Source: Ophelia neglecta
Lineage: Eukaryota
DNA: 64,000 nt
NCBI GenBank assembly: GCA_965285935.1
Contig: OZ260665.1
Location: 20,708,001 to 20,772,000 of the forward strand
Direction of reading: 5' to 3'
Shown: piece by piece, positions 26,138 through 37,104 of the stretch
How the letters are laid out: the number at the start of each line of letters is the position of its first letter
Numbering within the stretch: position 1 is the stretch's first letter
Notes under the pieces: model-generated
Told to the model about the DNA's origin: nothing
Database searches by the model: none
The model's input: the letters and a program-made list of their open reading frames with translations, nothing else
Program-made: the position numbers and the translations under genes

Positions 26138-26815
26138 GGGGTTTATCCCAGGCGAGGTTTGGATTCTTGATCCTTACATGCTCTGTGAGGTCATCGCCAG
26201 GGTGGGTCTGACCGGCTGTTTAAGTTCTCTGCTGAGTATAGGCGCTATTAGTTTCAACCGCTGTGTTTTAACATATGTATATATACACTACAAGGAACAC
26301 TCTCTTGATATGCTTAGGCAATGGTAAGTGCGTTTTCTTGTAGAGAATCCGAATTTCATTGGCTGGGATGATCACGTATACGACCGGAAGACAAGACAGA
26401 GCAGTATTTGGGTCAGAGCCGCCAATTTAAGCTACTCTGTCTTCTTTTCCGTTGTAGGTATAGCGTTTGCTGTGTCTTTGATCGCTATATGCTTAAATTT
26501 TTGTTACGTCAAGGCTTGCCAACGCCGATTAACTAGGCTATGTGACAGTGCGATCGCTAAACTGGTGAAGGAGTCAATACGTTTAGCTCGAACGCTATTT
26601 ACCAACTTTGTCGTTTTTGCACCTTGCTGGAGTTCGTGGGATAGTGGAAGTTGCAAGAATGACACGTGGCACTTGAAATCCACTTTTTAACTCTTCTGCT
26701 GGCAGACACGATTTCCAACTTTAATTTCTTGTTGTACGGAACAACTAACGAGCACTTCCGCGAAGGGCACATCCGGTTCCTCAAATTGGAAAAATAGCTT
26801 GTGCAGTTCGACACG
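26138..26815 (+). pseudogene. Inverted, frameshifted copy of GPCR exon 3 (TM3-TM7), closest to copy A
   Basis: Reads GEVWILDPYMLCEVIA..SLLSIGAISFNRC, NPNFIGWDDHVYDRKT and ACQRRLTRLCDSAIAKLVKESIRLARTLF (copy A: ASQRRITQACDSATTKRVTESMRLARTLF). Contains stops, frameshifts and small deletions. Exons 1-2 were not found on the + strand. Confidence 0.9.
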
Positions 26816-27689
26816 CCAGTGGCATTTGACCTTAAGCATGGACAAAACCAGTCTGCACACACACACACCCACGAATATGCGCGCGCATGGACATATGTGT
26901 GCGAGGGGATGAGCTCGCGAGCATGTGTGTATATTTTAGGCGGACCTAAGGAACGGGGCATCCGCTGCAACGGCGACAATTTTTTCTTCATACATGATTG
27001 AACACTTCTCAATTCCCAGTTTAAAACTAAGAATGTCATTTATTGAATGCATGGCCTCGCCAAACTTACGCTGTATGTCACCCTTCATCCCATCGCCTCA
27101 TCTCATCCGTTGCATGCTGTTTCACCTAATGTTCTATATGTGGATACGATATAAATTACCGATTTAAGCCATAGGCTTTTGAAAGATGTAAGTAGAAGAA
27201 AATCAATATGTTTAAACCAATCCGACTACAGAGTACAAAATCGCATGCACCCATAAAGTAAATTAGGTGGGTTGAAGTACAAACCGCAAATTTGTGTTTT
27301 CTTCTTTTTTTTGCATTACAATTTAATTAACAGTATGGCTGAGAATAAAGACAGTAAAAGGGCCAGGAGGTACCTCCCAACCAAGGTATTCACATTACTA
27401 TAATGATATCGAGTCTTTCATGATCGGTGTCTTTTATACTACTCACAGTGATGATAGGCCTTAACCAATTTAAAACAGTTTATGTTAGTCCTGTTTTGAC
27501 TATCGACTCGTTTATATTATGCCGTAACTTGCATCATTGACACGTGTTGAATGTCTTCCTATTGCAAGTGGTTTTATATTCAATAATGTGATTAAAGCTT
27601 ATATAAAGTGTTTAAAAACTTGGACATTGATGTCAGTGGGTCTGTAGATGGAGGTTTCTTATGATTTCAGATCGATCAATTGGTTTAAA

Positions 27690-30600
27690 CATATTTATTT
27701 ACATAATTTGGATTTTACAAAAGCCGAGGGCTTAACAAAGGTAATTTCCAAATAAATCATTGAGACAATATTTACAAATATGCGTGAGATAAAAATGAGA
27801 TGATGAAATGAGATGAGGGAGTTACTATACATATAATCAATCGACATTACGTGCAATTTGTCTGCTGAGTCCAAAACACCAAGAAACTGGCAAGTAGACG
27901 GAGAGCGATATGATGCGACATGATAAGACAATAATAAGAATAATCAATATAGTAGTCCAGATACGGGTTATTAAAGAAAATGAAAGACATATTGAAACAA
28001 AATATTGGTGAAATAGCCTACTATTTACAACGAAATATAACAATAGTCACTGGTTTATAAAAAATGATGCACAGCCGATAATAACACAAATACATTAGAT
28101 AATATTGCAAGAAGTATGATGATGGTATAACAAAGCACCTGAACCAGGTAAGCATAAAGAACTCAAATAATATCAATAGTAACATGGTAGCTAATTAAAT
28201 ACTCCTAAATTAAGCAGGAAATAAACAGTAAATCAACATATGCGTTACAATCGGTGGCACAAAACGCCTGCAAATTATTAAATAAAAACATCCATTGAGC
28301 ATCTTATAGGCAGTTCCAAGTTAAACAGTAATAAACTGTTACGATGCGTTGCATCACGTGACATGGCATAAATTTTATATCATTGTCATGCCGGTGGCCC
28401 CGCGTGTCATCTATTGTCTCCTCGTGCCCAGTCGTGCACATATAACTGTCACTTTATAGAAGCTATCCATTATGTAGCGAGACAAATGCAATCAGATAGT
28501 TTGGGAGTGGACTGGTTTCTTGAAGCGGACTTAAGTTCTGGGAAAGATTTGTTTTATTACCATTAGCTTAGAACGTTTAAATTGGTGTTTCCATATATCA
28601 AGATTAAGCCTAAGACTTAGACTGCTCATGTGTGGAATGTAATTGCCATTGTTTTAATAACTACGCAGTCAAACAACGATAATTTTGAACGATCTATTCC
28701 GCTTATCCTATGGCTAGGGGCCACGTGTATCTTCATACTGATATAAAATCGAACGTTGCTGATGCACGTGTTCAGTAAAAAGGGTGACCGGTTCACTTTA
28801 TAATGGTCAGATTTTATCGCACTGTCCAGGAGGTTTCAACACTTTCCCGCTTTAGTATCCGGGTCCTTTTTTATCCCTTTTTGCCTTGTAAGAAAAATTT
28901 CATCTTTCGATAATTTCAAGTGTTGAGAGAACCAAAACCGTAATGGACTCCTTAAGGTCAAATTATATTGTTGACCACTGTCTGTTTGGTTTGTGCACAT
29001 GATGGAAATCTGCTTTGAATTACTCTTCTCTGGAAGTGATATTTTTTATGCGCTTAAACGTGTATCTACTTTTTGTGAGCTGATGATTGATTGATGCGTG
29101 TGGGCCAGTAACTGGTAGTGCTTGTTGATTCCGGAACGATTTAAGGGATGATTCTTGATCTAGGCCTTTGTATGTCTGCCGGTTATCCGCTCCCGTGATT
29201 TAACTCAATAATAATGTCTAGGTTTCAATGGTGGTAAACCTGGTATGAGATACGACGGAAATGCCAGACGAATAGAAACGAACAGAAGTTCAGTGATAGG
29301 GTTTGCTTACAACCAAAGGGAAACAATTTCATGCTTAACTCCAATTGTATTCCAAAGAAGTACGTGTTAGATTTGGCGTGTGTCGTATATTTGTCTCGCG
29401 TCCGCAATTTAGAAAACCCATTTATCGAACTTCTGTCAATGGTGTTGAAGGTGGGATTGTTACTACAGTTTTTAATATGTCGCTATCTATCTGTCATTTC
29501 CCTGACATATAAAGTGCTTTTCGTAGCATGTATGAAGGTCTGTGGGTCATTCATAGAATGGACCATTGCTCTGAATACTTTCTAAATAAGCACATGTCAA
29601 GGATTTTGATGCATGATTTTCAGTTTTGTGACGGTTGCAGGATTGAAGCCCCTGCCGGGAATAGCTGATAGCAACGCTTCTTGTCACTAGGAGCACCGAT
29701 TCTTCAGCATATTTAGTCTAATACTTAATGAATGTCCAACGATGGCAGTCCATGAGGGCTGAACGTAATTTTATGAGATTATCTCCGGCATGCGCATGCG
29801 CATGGGAGGACGTGAAGTGGCGAGTAGAAAAAATAATTAGTCATTTGAACAATAACACAAGCTGTATATTCAAGTGTTTATAATATTAAACGTTGTGCTC
29901 TATCATTTGAAAGGCGGTTTGTTGAGTGACATTTATGTGCTTGTTTTTTTGTCTAATGCTTGGCGAAAGTGATGCAGTTTCCAGGTTGCAGTGAACTAAA
30001 TAGCAGATATTCCATGCAGTGCTGCCCCCTGGTAGGTGTTCCAGAGCTCTCAGGGCAATAATAAAGTTGGCCAAGCTGGCCTGTTATTGGCCAAAAAAGG
30101 CAGAAAACATATCCGGGTTGCCTGGTTTATGTGTTAGAAGTAAAATTTAGATACTATGCTTATGAATAGTAAAGAATCTTTGACAGGAGATGGTATTGTT
30201 TTGGAATTGTGGGATTCAGAAAGACCCATGTGGATATTTTCGGGTTCATATGTGCGGTATGGCAGACACGTGACAAAAACAAGTAAAATGGCAACTTTTT
30301 CTTTTCGAGCCTCTAGCAAGTTTTTTTTGTTCATTTGCTATGCTGAATTTTTGATATATTTTCCCTTATACATAGGCCTCTAGGCAGAACTAGTATGCAG
30401 ATTATTGTTGTAAAAATACGAAAAATGACGACGAAAAGCCTCGATTTAACATGTAAGAGATAGGAGATTTATTTAGTTCCCTGCAACCTCCATATTGCTC
30501 GGAAAAATACTAATTATTCTAGTATAGATTTGTTTCGCCTTGATAAGAAATGCAATTGTATAAAACAGGGATTATGCCCGTGCTTCACATGGATACGTCC

Positions 30601-33600
30601 TTTCCTTCGGAACTGTGGCATTTGGTTAAAACCACTTGTGCTGCTCATGCACACATTTGAAGTCGTCACTTTTAATGTATAAATTATAAGGGGGATTCAT
30701 GTTACTGGTAGAGGGAATGAACAGTTTTTTTTCAATGGGACATAATACTAAGTAATAAACACTTTGAAAGAATAGATACACGCAAAAAAGGTAATATTTT
30801 TTGCTAGGGAAGCCAATATTAAGAGAGCAGTCTCCAATATAAAAAATATTGGTTTCGTGCCAGGCCAAGCTGACTCAGCTGATGGTTCGTGGTCCCAGTT
30901 GGGACACCATTATATCAGTATGCTAAATTCTTGGCCATTTAAGCCTGTGGATCAAACATATGCTTGCAAAACACGGTGCTTCAACTTTCGTCCGGTGCGA
31001 TATCAGAGTCCCCGGTCTTATGTTGGGTCGCACAAGCTTAGCAGAATCACTAGGGAAACAAATAAATATAATTAATCTGCCACCTAGTGCGCTTGCCCGT
31101 AACTAATCGCAAACGTGTGTTGTACATATCCCGTTCTATCTGACAAAACATGTTTGAAAAAATTACTTAATGTTCCCAGATAAGTAACTGGTTACAACGG
31201 ATATACAGTATAACATACGAATTTATGTAGCTTGCTATTACTGTGTATCTATCGAATGGACTATAAAGATGACATCAGGATAGTTCTTGGCCTAAAATTT
31301 AGGCCATGTGAATGGCTTTGTGTAAACGGCGAACGCGAAAGCTTCGGCGAAATCGGCATGGCTTCTTAAATTGGGCTAATATGAACACAATAATAACCCT
31401 ACCCATACCCATTTATATCGAAAGCAAAAATTGAGTTAGGGTTAGGGTTGGGTTATAAAATAACTAATATTTTAGATTATTGTGAAATGCTGCTTTCGCT
31501 GCTTTCGCGTTCGCCGTTAACACAAAGCCATGTGAATTGGTATCGTCCTCTTATCTCAGATAACTTTATTCTTTATACCATTTAAGCCAATCGTGAAAAA
31601 ACTAAAACAGCATCGAAATCGTGCACATACTAACAAATAGGAGGCAAAACGGATGAAGCACCATTGTGTTATAGCGATTTTCAAAAAAACTACAATTACG
31701 CTTGTTGCGTTTTGCATACTTTAGCAAATGTTTAAGTAAGTGTCTCTTGGCGAATGGGTTAAAAACGTTCTACCGGATAATGTTTAGAAAGTTACGCAGC
31801 GCCGGATAATAGGAAAACAATGACGGGAGATTACACGAGTACCTTACGTGGAAACGATGTTTCTAGCAACAAGAGCGTTAGAAATCCGCGAGTGGATACC
31901 CGGCATAAACTACAAGGTCAATAATCAGAAATAACTCGATCAGAAACCATCAGCAGTCACAAGCCCACACGCTTTATACAACATACACGCTATATACAAC
32001 ACCCAAAATGTACATAAACTGGCAAAGCATATAATGAAGTCGAAAACATAAAATTTATAAAGAATATCGTAAAATGCTAAGCTTTGCCAACTGGTTTTAT
32101 AGGAATAATTCAGTGTTTTTACTTGCTAAAACGGATATTTTACCAATTTTTTTTTCTCATAACGATACGTCGAATGGCGCTTCTTAAATTGGTTGGAAAG
32201 GCAGTCTGTAGACTCGGAAACGTTTGAAACCAGGAGCATATACTGGTACGATGACACACAAAGGCTGATCAACCAGAACACGAAATCCTGGCCCACACCT
32301 TATAGTCTTATACCTGGCAAATCTGTACAAACAAAGTAAGATGCATATATAAATATAGGGTAACCAGAAACCTATGCTTTCACTCCAACAGTTCGCACAA
32401 CTAGAATCAATGTTTAACCTATAAAGAAATCTACTTTGTTGTGTTCGAAGGTGAATTCCGTCGGTCTGCTAATGTTTCATGCTACTTTAAAGTCGAACGC
32501 CACGTGCCAAACCTGCTCAACCAACGTTATTTTATTAGCTAGTAACATGACCAACTGCAAAATTAGGGCCAAATAGGAACGCGAATTTCGAAAAAGCTCC
32601 AATGCAAATGTTAATTTCTTTGTTCTCAAACATTACCACCTGTGATTTTATTTTGAAAGAGTTGTGTTGCGGGAAGTCCAGTTTCTTCTCGTGACATATT
32701 TTTACGAAATATTTATTTTTGTTACATGTGTGTTTATTTTTGGCAAAAGGAAATTGGTTATTTGATGTGGGTGGTGTCCTGGCTGCTGCTTCCTGATGCT
32801 TTGACTGACTTATTTTTTATCATTGATATGGCTTTTTCTCCCGGACATAAACTCCTGTCTTCATTCTCATTACCTCTCCGCCTAACAAACTGCTTACCAA
32901 TTCTCTATCATTGCTGTTCATGTACAATCTTGCAGTATTACAGTAACTCGCCCTATATGTCAAAGTACTTGATCCACCATATCGAGTTTGCTAATACGGA
33001 TATTAAAATGGTGACAATCCGTACTTATCAACAAGATTACCCAGCTGTGCAGCTTATCTTCGTCAAAGCCCACGTGAAAATGTTACATCGGATTAGAAAC
33101 AGTGCTTCATCCTGCATTTTTTATAGAAATCAAAGATTCACCACTTTCATTGCAAATACATCTAGCTCCACTCACATTTCCTGCTGTTTCCCTATATATG
33201 ACTTTAGCAATAGGCTTCCGTGAACATTTCTTGATGTCATTCTGTACACATAAGTGCCTGCATGATCACTTTCATTGGAAGATTCGTAATCATGTAAGGC
33301 TTAAAGGGTTGAAGATAGCCTTATCGTTAAATCACCATAAAGGTTGAATCAAAAAGTGGAATTATTTACATCATTGTTGCTGGCTTCGTTTTAGTGCTTA
33401 AAGCGGTCAAGTATAAAACAACCATCTCTTGAGGAGACGCCGATGTCTGAGGCTTATATGTGTAAAAAGAATCCTAATATTCCTCCCCTTAAAAGGAGTG
33501 GCATATCTCTTGATATTCATCTAGGAGAAAGAAGGAGTAAGACTCTTCAACTTATAGGGTCCATCTGATAAAACGTGTACCCAAGAACAATAACTGAGTT

Positions 33601-36440
33601 TTATATCGTCGAGTCGGAATAGCACAGTTTCAGCTTCTAGTGGACGCCTCTGATGGTTCAGATAATGCTGATGACCTAATATGCAAGTGAATCTGTTCTA
33701 CATTTTAGCTCAACTAGGTAATACATGTAAGTTAGAGGCCTAGCTGATACGGAAATGAGGGCATTGATCACTCTTTTGGCTGGACTAATAGAACTAGTAA
33801 GAACATGTCGAAAAATATGCATTCCGTTTACAAACAATGCAAAACTGAAGTCGATACCCGCCAGCGGATGTAGGTTAATTGATCGCTATTTCGTGCTGAG
33901 CTTCTTTGTAAGAGAGTCTGCTGCAACGAAAAACGCACCAATTAGCAGAACCTACCTCTATCTTACAAAACCGATTACGGTAATAGGAGATTACCTGCAG
34001 TGGCACACGCAGATGAAAGAAGAATCTAGGACGAATACACGAGCTGGGTTTAAACCGACCAAACTCACTGCACATTACAGAGAGTATTCAACACGCGGAT
34101 CAATGTACAGAATGTGGTACACATTTTATAGCGGAAAACGGCTTATTTGTTTCGTTTTCCGGCTTAGGAAACATATAGGCATGTATTAGGTTTTGGATTA
34201 AAGAACAAATGCTATGTTATAAAGGGTCGACGCACAACGTCATTACATATTTGCTTAATGAAAACATTAGAAAAAGAACTGGCATTAAATATTTAATCAT
34301 TTAACACGTTTTTTCAATTAAAACGATTTATAAGCAGTCTAAACCGCGGTAGTAGAAACACCAATCCCGATGCCCGTAATTGTATATATGCCAGTCAATA
34401 AACCATCAGGAAATTCACATTCAGAGGATAAAATCAATATCTAGAATATATTGAGTAATTCATGATATTACGGCAGAATACATTAGTTATATCATTATAA
34501 GAACAATGACGATTTTCCATGCATAGACTCTACGTCATACATAGGCGTAACACAACCAAACCTTCTAATCATAAGATGTCTTTCATTGGACTGGTTTAAT
34601 TAAGGACCAAGCGCTCTGTCGATTGCCCATTACCCGACACTATTGGGGGTCTGCAGCAGGTTAACAAGCAGTCCTAATGAATAATTGCCTATAAATAAAA
34701 CTGTATGGTAGTCCAGGTATCCGCTTTCGTATGTTATATTGACCACCATCACAGGTGATATTCTCAAAATGTGACAATAACACATCTAGCGTGCTTGGAA
34801 ATATATAGATGAGGAATCGAGAACATGTAAGACTCATTAAATTGACCAGTTACTAGTAGCTAATTGCCGGACAGTGATGTCTGGATTAGAAACATAGCCC
34901 TAATTCCCTTTTAAGACTGTGTCAGTCACGTCTTATGCCTGTATGATCTATCTAGGTGCCCACAGCCCGGGGGGTCATTTCTTCGTGCCTTTATGCTTCC
35001 AAGGCAGGGATCCCTCAAAACTACAACAAAGGTAGCATTGGTAATCTTTTAAACCAACTCGAGGAGATGAATGAATAATTGAATCCGGTTTTAGTTTTTT
35101 GAGCAGCAATTAACATTTCATTACGGTTTCTATGATAAGACTTAATCAGAATCAGGTTTGTAAATATGACGAAGATGAATTATCCCACAGAAGTTTTTTC
35201 AATGGAATGCGCATTCTTCTAATCTTCAGACACATTATCACCATATGATGCAGTGTTGCACTAGTGTGAGCGGCCTTGTTCCCGTTCGACTAAACTGCAA
35301 TCTCATCCAACAGTACTAGTAGGACATGTATTGTTTTCACACTAGTCCATGTTCAACACAATAGCTCACACATCACCCATTATGGAGTCTATATCGATTG
35401 AGACCTTTACAGTAACGGTTTTATAACGTTTACTGGGAACTAGAACAAAGCTGACATCCCTTACGCCGGTTTTACAACACAGTGTTCTGAATGTTCACTT
35501 TATGCTTGTGTTGTTTTATTTGATAATGTTTTGTGACGCATTAAGGTGGCAATTTAGAGCAATTTCAACCCCGATAAAAGCATCCGCAATTTGATTCATT
35601 TATCTATATCAGCGTCGCCTTTACACCTTATGGATAGTTTTATAGCTCCAATATACGACCCTGATTACCAACAAGCGCACTGTAAACGTCACAATGTGGA
35701 AAGGTCAATAAGGCATATCTTAATATTTCAGAGTAATTCATCTAGACAGGTCACTGAAAAACGGACTAGAATTTGATAATAATGGTTAGGTAAAGGAATG
35801 CTGGGAAAACAATTAAATGTCGTAGAGCTGACAAGTAGTGTTTAATACCACACGAGTAGGAGCAAAGTAGACTTTTACCCATGATTTCAACTCCGGCATA
35901 AGGACACAAGAGTTAATAATTTTGTATTGGTCAAAACTCATAATTCGATTTATACATGCTTCCCAACGGGATGGAAAATATTTTTTGCCCACAGTAACGA
36001 TTTATATTAGTAATTTCTAAATAGTTCATTATTCGACAGTATGGATGATAAGTGTTTCACCTTACGTAAATACCAAAAACCCGTTGTAAGCACTTGCTCA
36101 TGTTTTAGTCGTTGACTGATGGAGAAAATTGTAAAAATAACCATGACAGTGCCGTATAGACCCAAAACCAGGCGAATGTGTCATGCTTGTTGGATGAGTC
36201 CTCTTTATACATAAATTATGCGACGAATGACAAGGCAGTTACTCTGAAACCTTTTAAACATGGCACCAATATAAACCTCGGAGCAAAGATATATCGATCT
36301 GGTCTATCGAGTAATAGTTTTTGCCTACTAATCTTGACATTTTACGACCGCTTCCGGCTCCCTTAGCCCGGTCATCCGTGCTAACGTTGTGTGTTATATT
36401 AAGGTACAGCACACGTGACTGTGAACTAACAATCACATAG
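27690..36440 (-). pseudogene. Putative heavily decayed, apparently intronless gene for a giant furin-like Cys-rich repeat protein with a C-terminal multi-pass TM region (copy 1)
   Basis: Manual minus-strand reading across shifting frames: LPCHSS (~36221-36238), GCQLCSS and RYCKGLNRYRLHNG*CVSYC (~35358-35460), TCDGGQYN (~34733-34756), KCVPHSVH*SAC*ILSVMCSEF (~34061-34126), DSSCANCW (~32385-32408), IRCGPGF..SLCVSS..KKRHSTY (~32165-32303), ICFPSDSA (~31040-31063), KRCYQLFPAG, LTCAY, HTCYEK (~29517-29679). Then hydrophobic segments WMFLFNNLQ (28268-28294), FPA-NLGVF, RIWTTILIILIIVLS and IYLEITFVKP. Many stops and frameshifts; not database-verified. Confidence 0.5.
31314..31529. mobile_element. 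216-bp MITE with 29-bp TIRs, 8-bp TSD and internal telomere-like repeats
   Basis: TIRs GGCTTTGTGTAAACGGCGAACGCGAAAGC / GCTTTCGCGTTCGCCGTTAACACAAAGCC (1 mismatch); TSD ATGTGAAT on both sides; internal TAACCCTACCC and GTTAGGGTTAGGGTTGGGTTA. Confidence 0.92.
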
Positions 36441-37104
36441 AGGAATTAAACGCCAAAATAGTCTGGATATGGAAACTGATTTCGTAGTTAAACGTTTTAA
36501 AGTTGTTCAAACTATGTGTTCTTATTTTAACATGGAACCTTCCAGCTAGGCATTGGATACCTGGCCCAGCGCTCCCACGCACTCCCATGTCTGTCCTACC
36601 CCCCGGCTAGTAATTAAGTTCCATGCCCTGATGCAAAACGTATTTCTGTCGGCCCTAGTCTCTGTCGGCCCTAGGAAAGCACAAGGTTGAAGTACAAACC
36701 GCAAATTTGTGTTTTCTTCTTTTTTTTGCATTACAATTTAATTAACAGTATGGCTGAGAATAAAGACAGTAAAAGGGCCAGGAGGTACCTCCCAACCAAG
36801 GTATTCACATTACTATAATGATATCGAGTCTTTCATGATCGGTGTCTTTTATACTACTCACAGTGATGATAGGCCTTAACCAATTTAAAACAGTTTATGT
36901 TAGTCCTGTTTTGACTATCGACTCGTTTATATTATGCCGTAACTTGCATCATTGACACGTGTTGAATGTCTTCCTATTGCAAGTGGTTTTATATTCAATA
37001 ATGTGATTAAAGCTTATATAAAGTGTTTAAAAACTTGGACATTGATGTCAGTGGGTCTGTAGATGGAGGTTTCTTATGATTTCAGATCGATCAATTGGTT
37101 TAAA

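Larger units (their letters stand above)
27270..36684. repeat. Tandem segmental duplication, copy 1 (9415 bp)
   Basis: The sequence repeats at offset +9415, then +9097 after a 318-bp indel; ORF-track entries recur at exactly these offsets. Confidence 0.98.

Noticed and set aside
29886-30074. Gypsy RNase H-like reading (IIALRALEHLPGGS)
   Set aside because: Lacks the diagnostic TDH and DA motifs; the surrounding sequence is better explained by the Cys-rich decayed gene.
32726-34189. Plus-strand ORFs of 165 aa and 144 aa in the duplicated unit as real genes
   Set aside because: No recognisable domain or splice support; they lie antisense to the decayed Cys-rich reading, and the 165-aa ORF is broken in copy 2.
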